Below are positions 24,436 to 37,059 of a stretch of 64,000 nt of DNA, piece by piece. Where the stretch lies: contig MU004236.1 of assembly GCA_010405405.1 (NCBI GenBank), positions 1,804,070 to 1,868,069 of the forward strand, given 5' to 3'. The DNA is from Microthyrium microscopicum (lineage: Eukaryota). The number at the start of each line of letters is the position of its first letter. The stretch's first letter is position 1. Position numbers and translations under genes: made by a program. The notes beneath the pieces are model-generated. The model saw nothing but the letters and a program-made list of their open reading frames with translations, had not been told where the DNA came from and did not search any database.

Positions 24436-27400
24436 TTATAAAAGCCAATACTTGTCAAGACCTTCCAAAAATTCAAGATCCACGTTGATGAAGCTTTTCC
24501 AAAGATCAATCTCCCTCAGCCACGGACGATCCTGAACTGCATATGTAACACAAGTACACATTTTTGCCAGTTCCTCTTCATTTTCACCCATAACTAAAAT
24601 GATATCCCTCCTACGTGCAATGTTCTTTCTGAATTGAGAATCGTAGGGCTTAAGCGAGAGACCAAGCGAATGATGCATACTCCATTCGGCCCCAACCATG
24701 TCCTTTGGCACGAACTTCCACTCCCAGGTCCGGTCCGCAAAATGCTCATAAAATGATGCACACCGGCGGTTATCGAACGCGATCATAAGAGGCCAGAAAT
24801 GAGGAGCACTCCAAGTTCTCAGCAGCGCAAATCGAGCCTTCCTGTGTGCCGATTTGAAATTGCGGGCTCGATCAAGCAGATCTACATATTTAGTGGGGTC
24901 AACAAATATGTCTGGCGCTTTCAGCGACTGGCATTCTCGAATTCCAATGTCGAAATATAGGTCCCAGTCTCGACCAGGCTCCCGGGCCGCAAGAGCTTGG
25001 CCTGCAGTGTCATTATTTCCACACGATCGTGGACCGATTACTCCTGCCTTGTATACTAGGAAAGTTAGTGTTTGAACTCAACCAAAAAAACATAATGGCG
25101 GATTTGCCAAGCATAAACTCAGCACGCTCTCATCAACTACCACTGCGCAGCGTACAGTTATCTTGACGGATGACTGCGCTGACACTAGTAGGAGTAGCTA
25201 CTAAGTATCGCAATCCAAAACAAGTGGAGGCTGTCGCCATGGTTTGTATTCCTTAGTAGTGGCATTGACTTACACTTAGCAACAGTAGTCCGAACGCACG
25301 ATTCCCATTCGCCAGGGGGAGGAAGCCGCTGAGGGGATGTATCCGCTGCATAACGGTCTTGGAAATCAAACCACTCAGACCAAAGTGACAGATCCATGTA
25401 CCGATTACTGTCATGCCTTCTCCGCTACGATATTGTTAGTTCAAAGCAGCCTGCAAATGATCTGGGGAGTCGAATGAGTGGCTAAAGTGCCGATATGACA
25501 GCTTGCTACTAGAGCATTGATAGCATCTAAATAAACAGATGTACCTAGCAACAAGTCTCAAATGTCATTGATAAGGGATTAGGAAACTCACATCTGGTAT
25601 CTGCTGAGCTCTTTTTTCAGCATTGAGGAGCTCTGAACTTTTGAACTGAAGTCCTTCTTCCAAATCGTAAAAGTCTTTCAATGAAAAAGTAGGTAGCTCC
25701 GGGAAGAAGGGCGTCATTGATATGTAAGCCCGCTGAGAACTTGTTAGGACAAATGGATTGAGGCAGGAGTGTTGGCGGACACAATATGAACTGCTCGTAG
25801 GTCGTTCGCTGGATTGTCATTCAATGGTGTTTCTCCAGAATAGCCATCCAGCGTAGTACCAACTAACACTTTAGAAATAATACTGCACGGGAATGACTTA
25901 CTGCCATGTCTTTCATTACATGCTTGTGATGATCTGGTGTCAGGTTGAGGAAGTAGACGAAAGGAATCCAGTTCCGGGCTCTACTTATACTTTGCATCAC
26001 GCTGTTGTCGATTGCTTGTAAGACAAGTCGTACTTCAGCATATTTTGCTTGTGCGCCAGGTTCGAGATCTCCTGCGTGGAAAGCTCTTTTGAATTCTGAA
26101 CTCTGTTAGCGTGCCATGTGAATAAACAACGTGACATGGCGACTTACGATGAGATTTGTCGCGGTTGAACGTATCAACCATCTCTTTTTGAAAGACAGCG
26201 CTCTTGACTGATTCCGTAGCAGACATCAACTGCTGCCTCTCGGACATTTCATCCCATCGTCGCAACGACCGGAAAGCGGGATCCCGTTTCAAGAACGCTG
26301 GTGCCTGTCGCGGATCATGTATATAACCTGCTAGACAAAGAAGTATACTTTCATAACCTTCGCGCCAGTTTTTTCTTGGCTTTCCTCTTCTCGGAGCTGC
26401 CCAGACTTCTTCTGGCGTCGCATCGGGGTGCCAAAGCCGCTGCATAAGATCGACCAGTTCGTCGTCATCATCAGTGAGCTCGTCACCACTCACCCAACTC
26501 TCATCGTTTTCGTCCTCGCTGTCAATAGATATCGCCTGATCCAGTTCTGCTCTCGCTGCAGCGTCAGCCTCTTCGAGTTCGTCGAAATCAGAGTAGGCGA
26601 AATCCGTATCGTCGTCTGAATCCAAATCAAAGAGAAACTTCTTCATACTTATACCGCTGCTTTCCCAGACGTCTATTGAATTAACTGCTCCCTTGAAAGG
26701 CACCGGTGCCGTTGGGTCAGTAGTTTCTTCTTCAAAGAGACACAAGTCTTCGAGGAGATCAGCTTCGGAATATGCCCATCCGGGTGGCAAGCCTCCTTGC
26801 GGCTTCAAATCATGTCGGCGGAGTCCGCGTCGAGGAGGCGGGTGTTGGTCCAATTGTGAAATCAACATCTTAAAACTCTCACTTTGCAGCTCCTGACAAT
26901 ATGTTAGTGTTACATTCATGCGAAATTCTTAGCCCTGGCTAAATGTACAGAGGCAGCTTTGAATGCCAACTCGTGTCAATATCTTGTCGAGAAAGACTAA
27001 CAGCGCCCATGGATAGAACAATGATTTGGATGGTGAAACTTACATCCCATAAAGTGCTCGCCTCCTCCCCTGGTTTGAGATCTCGTGGTCTCTTGCTTTG
27101 ATCACGAGTGAGTGTCTTCAGTATATGAGCCATGGGCTGATAGGCTTCTTTCATATCGCCGGCAATCCTTCTTGCTTTGAAGGCCAACTTTAATGATCAT
27201 GGTCAGCACTGACTATTTTCATAATGAGCTCAAAGCTTACCCTTTGGACCTCATCATATAAGTTGATAAATGTCAGCCCAGGTCTTCGGTCCCAAAGATA
27301 GACATCGTAGTAGTCCTCAAACCCAAAGTGCCTATTGGCTGTCAGTAAAGAGTGCTGCGGTCCTGGGCGCAAGCTATCATTTTCAACGTCAAACAGTCTG

Positions 27401-30400
27401 TTAGTGCTGGAATGCTGTTGTACTTCATGATAGCCGCCAAGTATCTCAGGAGAATGAACGCTCTGAAGATTTCGATACATGTGTCTTCCGGGGAGTCTTA
27501 CCATTTTCTATGTGCTTCCATCTCCTCGAAGAATTTGCTATCGACTTCCTTGAGAAATTTCCAGGGAGCTTCCGAAGAGCGATATGGGTTGGGAACTCGT
27601 ACTAGCCAGTTATCATTCGATTTAGTAATTATCTCACCCGATTTGCCATCTCTAACGAGGACACCCATGGCATTGCTGGCCATTACGACGTATTGGAGGA
27701 AGCGTCGAGTGACAGGGTCATGACGCTTCATATGGCAGCAGATAAATGAGCGCAATTCGACGTGCATCCCTCCAAAACCTCGTTGTATCGAAGGGGAGTC
27801 CGCTATGTCGCAAGCAAAGTATACAAAGATTCCCTAAAGCACGTTAGAGGTCTCCTGCAAGCAAATTAGACGCATTACATACCAGCCTTTGCAACTGTTC
27901 GTTTTGCACACTACCAGCGAAGCCTTGCCAATTGGAGGAAGGGAAATAGTGAAGCATGGAAAGCATGGAGAGCTCGTAAGCTTCATCCCATGTACGACAC
28001 AGACGAATGGCATCAAAGAGATTATGATCCTTTACCATTATGGAGAAATGATACCAGCCTTTTCTTGTCATGGAGGTATTGCTGGCGTAATTCCAGATGT
28101 ATCTCCCGCACAGCTTCACTTTGATGATCTTCTTCGTGTACACTCCTCGGTCATTTATAGTCTAATGAGTTAGCTCAAAAGCAACATAAGAATGTTTTGT
28201 CGTCCTAGATTACAGAGCTAGCTGATATTCTGTTCAAATGCTGCTTGGAATATCTTCAACACTTGGACAAAATAAATGCTGTGCTGCAACAGCCCTTGCA
28301 ATGCCATCGAAGACATTACGAGCGTCATTTAATTTGTCCACTTGCTGATAGTATCGGAACAAAATATGAAGCCAGAAGATGTAGATGTTATTAGACGAAA
28401 AGGAGAGAAACTTACCCCAAAGTCGACCATGCCTCCATTTTCTTGCGTCGTATCATCAGGTATTGAGGGCATTGCCGGTTTGTTTTTCCCTTTGGGCTTC
28501 CATTTCTCAGGTTCCCCAAGTAAGAACAATTGTTTCCCAATTTGTCCACGGGGCTCTTTGGCTGTGGATTTGACTTCATCTTCGACGACTTTATCGTGCT
28601 CAACGTTCACCTCCTCCTCCTCTGGGCGATGCAAATCGGCGCAAGCGTCTCTGATCTCTTGCAAATCCGGCTGTTCTAGTCTCAAGCACAGATCCCGCAA
28701 ATCAGTTTCCGAGACATCTGGGTTGGCGAGAAATTCTACTACACTGTTCGCTTCCAAAGCAGCTGGGAGAAGGGAAGCGTGTGAGAGCAAGAGTCGGCAA
28801 AAGAGAAGCTCTTTTACTTCGGCGATATCCTTTAAGAGCTGTTCGATCTCATCGCGAGGCAAAGATGCGTTCTTTTTCATCAGCTCAAAGGGGTGCTCAA
28901 AAGTACCGGCAATTCGATAGCCAGAGAAGCCTTCGTATATGACATCGGAGCCTATCCGAAGTCGGGAGGTCATCTCATCCCGAGATTCAATCTTGGCCTT
29001 ATCTGGCTCAGGATCAGAGCTTGGCTGTTCACCTGGAGGTTGTCAGAGAAAAACACTTCAATGAGATAATGAATTCGTTCTGAAGTGAAGCAACAAGCAT
29101 GTAGTTTGGTTTTTGTCTGCTTGCATCTTATCCAACTTGTTCCGATGGAATGGGGAGCGAAACAGCTGGGAAATGATTCACAGTACTGCCACTAGTACCT
29201 ACCGTTTTCATTTTGATTCCGAAGGGCAACGGTCCTAGGCTTGGGACCATTGCCTGAGGTGGCCTTCTTCTTTTTCTTGCCTTTCTTCTTGCTCTTCGGC
29301 TTGGGCTGCCTTTTGACCGATGGCTTACCTGATGATTTGCCCGGTTTGGAAGCTTCTTGCGACTCAGTAGTATCTTCTTGCGAATCTGAATCTTGTTCTT
29401 CGGCTTGATTCGATTCGGCCTCTCCGTTGGCGTCGTTCGACTCATCATCAGTTTCGGGAGCATTCATCCACAGGAAGTATTTAACGAGATCCATGTAATC
29501 GATTCGTCTGTCGTAAAGCTCGTCTTCGATAGGATCCCAGTTGTCTTCGTCTTCGTCCTCTTGGAGGCGCTCTTGATAAGCTTGCTCGAGGAAAGCTTCT
29601 TGGCGCCGTTCGTTCTCTTTGTCGCGCATGGCTTGCATTCTAGCCTGCAGCTGCTTCACTTGTCTCTTAAACATTGCATGTCCAAGTTGAACCTTCTTCT
29701 TCTCCTGTTCTTGCACGATATCATCCTCATCTTGACATTTGCGACTCCATTCGTACCATTTCTGTTTACTGAAAAGGATCTCAGCCAGACGGCGTTCAGC
29801 TCGCTCGAGAGCTCTCAGGACGGTAGATTTGTCTGAAGTGAGCTTATTCACATAGGATTCATGCCCGTAGTCAAGCTTCATAGGGTAGAAGTGATCGTGA
29901 TGCCACCGTCTTGCTTGAATGACCTGAGGGTTGTTAGTGGCATACTAGCTGGACATGTGCGGCAGATAGAAGAACTAGTGCTCAATATGCTAGAGCTTGT
30001 CGCCTCACGTCACGCCACTGATGATGGGAAGGGATGCTTACTCGCGTCAGTAGGACGTGTTTCTTGTGAAGATGATTGCATATCTCGCGCATCGGTTGGT
30101 CATTTTTAATATCATCAAAAGCTACAGACTCCAGCTTTGACTTTGCGAGATATTGTGGCTCATCTGCTGCAAGATCGTCGAGTTTTGCATTTCGCTTCTT
30201 GTACCCCATGTACAAACCTGTTAAAGAATGGTTAGTCAAGGAGATTCTTCAGAGGCTTGCCGCAATGACTGGCGTTCTCATGAATTGTCCGCAATTCCAG
30301 TCAACATGACTTTTATTCGTCAATATTGAATGTTGGGGATTCGAACACGTAACGGGTACCAAGGTCGACGGCCAAAAAAGCCTTTAATGCAACAGTAGTA

Positions 30401-30569
30401 CTTTGAAAGAAATTGAGGAAGATGGTAGCGAATGCCGCCCGTCCATGAACGTACCTTGTACCTGTTTAGCATGGAAATAGCAGAAGACATGATCATCTGC
30501 TTTGGCTTCACTGGTGCACTTTTGGTCATCCGAGAGAGACAGCGCTTGGCAGGTACGCGCAGCCGCCAT
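24436..30569 (-). CDS. Large conserved fungal hypothetical protein (N-terminal Cys/His motif, coiled coil, acidic tracts; many introns)
   Basis: Collinear minus-strand ORFs linked by GT-AG introns. Runs from MAAARTCQA...KC...FCYFHAKQVQ/GLYMGYKKRN through DYGHESY, WDPIED and LLFCRLLLSHASLLP to WLREIDLWKSFINVDLEFLEGL. No TM helices seen. Exact exon boundaries not all resolved. Confidence 0.75.
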
Positions 30570-31829
30570 GCTTGATGGTAGATAGGATAAACTTGAGGAG
30601 TGAAGTGCAGGTAGAAGGAGGAAAGAGAGTTGGCAGGAGGTATTTGGTCGTGGGGAGAAGTTTCCACCAGCCGTAAAATCAACTGTACAAGTAGAGGCAC
30701 GCTACCAGATCGGCAGCGGGAAGGTTCTTAGAAGACCGTCCAGATCTAACTGTTCACAAGTGTCGTTGTCTTAGTTTTCAAGACAACTGGCGTCGGATGT
30801 TCACTGCCAAAACTCGGACGTTCTATCAGCGAACCCAGATATGAGCTTCAATTTTCAAAAGGCCTTGAAACCGCTTGCAAAACGTGGATATCATGACGAG
30901 ATACCCCTCGACGCGTCGAATTCAGAGCTAGAGTAATGTTTGTGGCGCGCTTGACCCCTCGTCATCCTTGATTTTCTCAAGGGGCACGCGTTCTCAACCA
31001 CACTTCATCACAATACATTTTGCCATAGAATTTCACGCTATCAGTGTGCGTAAGGTCTCCAGCTAGGAGGTATTTTCATTCAGGAAGGGATATCGCGGCC
31101 ATGATCTTCTGGAACTCTCTTCAGTCAAGTACCCAGGACATTTTGTACGCTTCCAATGTACGAAGTACTACAGTTATATTGATCTTCAGTACTAATAAAA
31201 CCACTGACGAATGTGGTCCCTTTATCTCTAACTGATATGGACGACGTTCTTTTGGGGTAAATTTAGAGTTTGCTGATGAAAAGACGGTGAGATCTTCCAA
31301 AATCCAGCCGATGAAGAGTCTGCGGAGCCAACTCCGACGCCTTGCCACCGCAGATGTCCCTTTGGTTTTAACGTGCAATCGAAGGTTAAGGCTTGTAAGT
31401 AGAGGAAAGTTCAAGTTAACGATTCAAGAATGTACGCATTCTGAAGTCACTCTAACTAGGATCACCTACTCATGACTTAAATGGTTTTTCCATCTGAGCA
31501 ACAATAATCTCCATACCTACCGCCGTACCTGAGAATTGCACTTAAGTGAGATAGCCCATGTTGGAAAGACCTTTATGAATCATTAGTCGACATCACAGAA
31601 AGTGCGATGTGTGGGATCTGGAGCGATAGATTTGAGTTTCATTCCACATCTGCTAACGGAACAAGATACCATTCTGTTAAGAAATCCCGTTGCTTAGAGA
31701 AGGCGTGCACCGTCAAACATGCCTTGCTACTTATCTGATTGCAGCTTCAGGGCACAGAACCTGACATGATGTCCACGTCATTCAAACACATGTCAGTCTG
31801 ACGAGGGCCATGGTGAAGTGCAACGAAGC

Positions 31830-33249
31830 CTATCCAGACGCCAGGAGCGAAGCATCAACTTGAATCGGAGACGACTGGTGCAAAGTAGCAACAGAAGCGT
31901 GAGGCCAGCTAAGCCCAACGAAGTTGAGCAAGACCATCTGAGAATACTGGATCTGCGTAGAGTGCACTGTGATAGTCTTGGGCTCTGTGATCGCGGTCAC
32001 TGGCTTAATAATAAACTTCACCTGCGGGAAATTGCCAGGAGAAATCACAATATCGGGTTGTCCAGGCTGCCATCTGGGGACTTCAAGGGTATGTTCGAGC
32101 GTCGAGATCTGTTTTCTGTTAGCTTAGCTCATGATACAGGCTTACGCTGGCGTCAATGATGTTTTGATCGAAGGAAAGCTTACCCAGAACTGAGCGGTCA
32201 CCTGCTGGGCATCAGCATTTGGTCCCTTGTTAGTCTGGCCCTCCAAGAAGTCAATATTGGCGATCGTATCGCCACCGCTCTGAGCATTGCGGACCGTCGA
32301 CACTGTGAAGGTCACGCTTTTGACAATATTCTTGCCTTCGTTAGAGTGGCGAAGAAAAGCGTTGGGGTTGTCCAGCATTTCCTGGGTGATGGTGCCAGCA
32401 GCAATGAATTGAGTCAAGTCTTGGGGAATTCTGGGCACATCAGGGAAGCTGGCAGTCTGGCTAGGGAAGTTGATCAAGCTCGTGGGATTGTTGATAATGA
32501 ATGGAGTGATATTGATCGCGGGTATATCTGGAGGACCTGCTACAGCATTTGCATCTGTAGGTGCCACTCCCTGAGCATTGATTGTGGTTCCATGAGGAAT
32601 GGAAGCCATTCTAGAGAGTGTAGGGCCTTCTGTTGGACTGCAATGTGTCAGTGTCATAATAACCAATGTTGCACGAATAATCTTACTTCAATGTAGTGCC
32701 CGGCACATGCATCCACAGTCCCGGCTCAAAGTGAATTGGCACTGCCGGTCCATCTATTCCTCCAGTGCTTGGATTGGATATGTCGGATATTTTCTGCAGA
32801 TATGGTACGCCGTTGAGGGTGATATCAGTCTGTGGTGCGGATCCTCGGTTGGGGACATCGCCAAGCGATCCAGAGAACTCTAGAGTCTCTGACGTGAGGT
32901 TGAGTTCCAGAACGTTGTCGTCAGGGACGCTAAAGCCATGAAGGTTGACTGGCATTGTGGGGAAGTTCGTCTGTCCACTTTGGGGACGGAAAATAGTGTT
33001 GAAGCCATTTCCAGCAAAAGAACCTTGGAAGTGATCTAAGATACCAAGTGGCGCTTCTGTTACTTGGGCCTGGACGGGTTGAACAGCTTGAACGGCATGT
33101 GATGCTTTGGCAGATAAAGCACGATGGAAAGCCGGCGAGGATCTTTGAAACTTGAAATCGACTGGACATATCTTGAAGCCAGCAGAGGCATTGACGGCTG
33201 GAGCACCATCGGTGATAGTCTCCGCGCTGAGGACTTGTTGGTTGGCCAT
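31830..33249 (-). CDS. Putative heme-binding protein resembling the bacterial FMP-type peroxidase family
   Basis: LGILDHFQGSFAGNGFNTIFRP, VLELNLTSETLEF, VPNRG, LNGVPYLQKISD, IHFEPGLWMHVP, RMASIPHGTTINAQG, QIQYSQMVLLNF, WPHASVATL. Introns 32638-32686 and 32109-32183 restore one frame. Confidence 0.72.
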
Positions 33250-34966
33250 AATTACTCGAGTGGCTTTATCAATAAATTGGGACGATCTGTTTGGAGAATA
33301 TATTTCTGATATGATTCAGAACAACTCAGTAAAGCAGAGAATCACGAGCCTTAAATACTCCAGAAAGCTTAGAAATCCCAAGGGGCCAGCATCTCCTGTT
33401 CCGGGGTCTTGAGGCTGAAGGATGAAGGCATGGTTGTATTGTGAAATGCAAACGAGTGGGCGGTGCTCGTCAATATCGGGTAATCCAGCATACAAAACCT
33501 GGGCGTAGAGCAACCGTATGATCCCAAGAAAGGTAACATCGTGGAGTTTGGTCTAGATCTGTAGGCTTTCGCGGCTGTCTGCATGTCACAGAAACTGGCC
33601 CTCAGCTTCTCGAGCAATCATCTCAGCTTGAAGCAGCCGCTTCTCAACTTAATGCACTGTGCTCTTACAGACTTACAGCATTCGCTGAAGTATAAAGTTT
33701 GTCCTCTTGCATGATGCACTTACAATACACCGCTCCTAGAGTATGCTCCACAACTGCTGGCTACCACTGTGAAATGCAAATTTCTATCGTCGTCGAGCGC
33801 GGTAAGCTGAGAGACAACAGTGGAAATCAAAGAGAGAAGATAGCATATTTCTCGTGTTCATGAAGGCTCAGCTATAAGCTGTGGAACACAGACACTTCAA
33901 CTGCCTAGCCTATCAACTCATTTAGTCAAGGTCTCAAAGTGATCGGGTGCTTAGCCAAGGATCAAACATGCCGGCATAATATTTCATGGCAAAAAGGTGC
34001 CAAGCCAAAGAGGCCAGGAGATGGCCGCGCATCCTAATAGGTACCTTGGAAGCCTGCCTCACAAACAGTTGGATGGCTATAGTGCGATACGGCGCCGTAT
34101 CAGAGGCGTGATCGACTCAGAGAGGAGGCCAGCACCTGGAGTGCTCGAGAGAATAATGCCGAATCTACAAAAGAAGCGGTAGGACTGCAAGGAGGTAAAA
34201 TCTCGAGCATTGCAGCGCGAGGCAGCTGAGTACTTTCAGCCTTTCAGGCAGCATGTAAGCACCAGGCCAAAGGTGGAAACCTTCCCAAGTAGTAGAAGGA
34301 GCGCGAGGGAATGCTCGAAGAGCAATTTCTCATCATTACCAATGTCGCGATCGGTTGGATGCTTCAGCTCGAGCTCTATTGAGTTGTAGGATGATTGAGG
34401 TGGGTGCTAAAAATAGATTCAGTGTCGGTGAGCATGCAATCTTCCATGATCCAAGCATGCCCCGCACAGACGTACAGACGAATCTCTATCGCAGAATAGC
34501 TTTGCTTCGAACCAAAATAGTCGAGCAAACAAGCCATCGTACCTGTTGAAGACAAAGTACTTGAAAGGAGGGGATGGAATCCAGTAGATAGCAGCGAGGT
34601 CAATGGCTCAGACTAGAGTACGTAGGTACTTTCCCGCTTTTCACATGTACTAGTAGCAAGTGCTTGTTCCTACATCACCTCTCCACATCGAGGGTTCATA
34701 ATGCATGTCTTGCGATATGTAATATGTCAGCTACCAGTAAAGAAGTCGAGCTCCTTCGACCTAACGAAAGTAGTAGGGAGTTAAATTGAGTGCATCGCGT
34801 CTGTCGCGCTAGGCTTCTAGCGCCACGTGATATCGTTTTGCCTAGAAATTTACTGACCTGACAGACTTCAATTCTCACCTAACAATCCTCCTTACCGACA
34901 TACCCTCACCATCCCACCCTAAATTAAGAGCACCTCTTTAACCTCTGCAACGGAATTATCGTAATC

Positions 34967-36889
34967 ATGGCCGATATCGATATTGAGGCGGCGAACCGCC
35001 TCCGAGTGGCCATGGGCTTGAAGCCCATCGAAATGCCAGGCTCCGGCCCTACCTTCAAAGCGTCCAACGGCGCATCTGACGACGAAGATCCCGCAAGTAC
35101 AGTCGAAACGCGACAAGCGGCCGCGGGCGATAATTGGGATAAATATCTGAATGAGACTGAGTCAAAAAAGAAACGCCTGGCGCAAAAGGAGGCTATCAAA
35201 AAGGCCCGCGATGCCGCCATGCGCGATGCAAAGATGACTGGCAAAACCCTCGGTGCCGATGACGAGGAACAAGATACCTCCACTTGGCTTCGGCAGCAAA
35301 ACAAGCGGCAAAAGAAGATCGAAAAAGCGCGCAAGTTGGAAGCGGAACTGGCTGCTCGAGAGAAAATGGCTGAATACACTGAGAAAGATCTTGCAGGTGT
35401 CAAGGTTGCGCACGAAATCGGACAATTTGATGCTGGCTCAGAGCAGATTTTGACACTAAAAGATGCAATCATTGGGGAAGAAAGCGAAGATGACGAGCTG
35501 GAAAACATCGACATGCGGGCCTCCGAGCAACTGAAAGAGAAGCTCGAGCTCAAGAAGCGAAAACCGGTCTACGACCCAACTAATGAAGACGGCAGCGGAA
35601 ACATACTTGCGCATTACGACGAGGAGATTGATGGCAAGAAGCAAAACCAATTTACCCTTGACGGCTTTGGAAGCACGAAAGAGCATGCCACAGTGCAAGC
35701 GGAAAATGGCAGCAAGAATAAAGGTGTCGTCATAAGTCTTGATTTCCTCAAGGACGACATTCCAATCTCCGATTACGTGGAAGCTAGCGAGATCAAGATG
35801 AAGAAGCCAAAGAAAAAGAAGTCCAAGAGCTCCAAAAAAAAGACGAGAGATGACGATGACGAAATTATTCCCGCCGCCGACAATGCCATGGATTTAGACA
35901 CGAAAGCCGCACCAGCAAAGAAACGATCATATGATGAAGCCAACTTTGTGGATGACGATGACCTCCAAACGAGACTCGCACATCAACGACGTGAAGCACT
36001 GAAAAAGAAAAAGAGAATGCGGCCAGAAGATATGGCGAGACAAATGCGTGAAGAAGCGGAGAACGAAATGGAGGTCACAGTCGAGGATGACGAAGATGGG
36101 CCGGGATTAGTGCTCGATGAAACCTCCGAATTCGTTAACCATCTTGACGCCCCAGAGGATAGAGAGGAAGAGAATCAGACACGCGTTCGGCGTTCCAAAA
36201 GTGCAAAGCCTACGGATTCAGATAGCGACTCGGAAATGGAAGATGCCGCATCACCTGCCAAGGCCGAACAGACCGATGAGAATGCTTCCAAAGCCCCAGA
36301 AGAAGATGATAGAGTTGGTTTGGAAGAAGAGAGCAACTTATCACGCGGCTTGGGCTCGACAATCGCTTTACTACGACAGCGCAAACACCTTGCGTCCGCT
36401 GAAAACGATGATCTAGCGCAGAACTACCGCGGTTACGAAGAATTCCTCGGGAAGAAACGTGCTCGAGAAGATGACGCTGAACGTAAAGCACGACAGCAGC
36501 GTGAACACGATCGAGCAAGTGGCCACCTCGAGCGCATGTCAGTCCGAGACCGAGAAGAGTATGCTCGACAAAACAACACTCGTCGAGAACAGCAAGAGTC
36601 GCGAGCCATGTCCGATCTATACAACAAGGAGTATAAACCCAATGTAGAGCTGAAGTACACCGACGAGTTTGGCCGGTCCATGAACGCGAAAGAAGCATTC
36701 AAGCATCTCTCGCACCAGTTCCATGGCAAAGGCTCTGGCAAACAGAAACATGAGAAGCGACTGAAGAAGATTGAGGAAGAGAGGAAACGAGAATCGGCGA
36801 GTACTTTGGACAGCAGTCAACACGTTTCCAGTGCTGCCATGGGCAATAAAGCAAAGCGCAACCAACAGGCCGGCGTTCGACTGCAATGA
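34967..36889 (+). CDS. SNU66: U4/U6.U5 tri-snRNP-associated protein Snu66 / SART-1
   Basis: N-terminal Hub1-interaction motif IEAANRLRVAMGLKPI; YTEKDLAGVKVAH, ILTLKD, and C-terminal YKPNVELKYTDEFGRSMNAKEAFKHLSHQFHGKGSGKQK. 640 aa, intronless. Confidence 0.96.
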   Translation: MADIDIEAANRLRVAMGLKPIEMPGSGPTFKASNGASDDEDPASTVETRQAAAGDNWDKYLNETESKKKRLAQKEAIKKARDAAMRDAKMTGKTLGADDEEQDTSTWLRQQNKRQKKIEKARKLEAELAAREKMAEYTEKDLAGVKVAHEIGQFDAGSEQILTLKDAIIGEESEDDELENIDMRASEQLKEKLELKKRKPVYDPTNEDGSGNILAHYDEEIDGKKQNQFTLDGFGSTKEHATVQAENGSKNKGVVISLDFLKDDIPISDYVEASEIKMKKPKKKKSKSSKKKTRDDDDEIIPAADNAMDLDTKAAPAKKRSYDEANFVDDDDLQTRLAHQRREALKKKKRMRPEDMARQMREEAENEMEVTVEDDEDGPGLVLDETSEFVNHLDAPEDREEENQTRVRRSKSAKPTDSDSDSEMEDAASPAKAEQTDENASKAPEEDDRVGLEEESNLSRGLGSTIALLRQRKHLASAENDDLAQNYRGYEEFLGKKRAREDDAERKARQQREHDRASGHLERMSVRDREEYARQNNTRREQQESRAMSDLYNKEYKPNVELKYTDEFGRSMNAKEAFKHLSHQFHGKGSGKQKHEKRLKKIEEERKRESASTLDSSQHVSSAAMGNKAKRNQQAGVRLQ

Positions 36890-37059
36890 ATGAATTCCAC
36901 AGCGGATGGTCAAGAGGTCTTGAAAGGTTCGTTGTCCTCCTCATTGTACAGAAGCTCCAGAATTAAACACAAATGCTTAGATTCACTTGTTCAACTATGC
37001 GCATAGGTGAAGTTGTGGATTTCTCTTTCATACTAATGTGAAGTTCAACACAGACGCAT

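Noticed and set aside
25494..25569. Small imperfect hairpin in another intron (also one near 22790-22860)
   Set aside because: Short stems that could arise by chance, lacking the motif shared by the 13.2 kb and 18.6 kb elements.
25617..25820. Apparent stop or frameshift in the large hypothetical gene
   Set aside because: A different frame plus a GT...CTAAC...CAG intron gives a continuous reading (RAYISMTPFF...QIPD), so the gene appears intact.
30335..30385. B-box-like GTTCGAATCC on the minus strand within an intron
   Set aside because: Flanks do not form a T-stem and no cloverleaf is evident.
34924..36944. Long antisense ORFs over SNU66 (and similar ones over the OPT, FMP-like and large hypothetical genes)
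   Set aside because: Shadow ORFs caused by the codon bias of the real gene; low complexity and no motifs.
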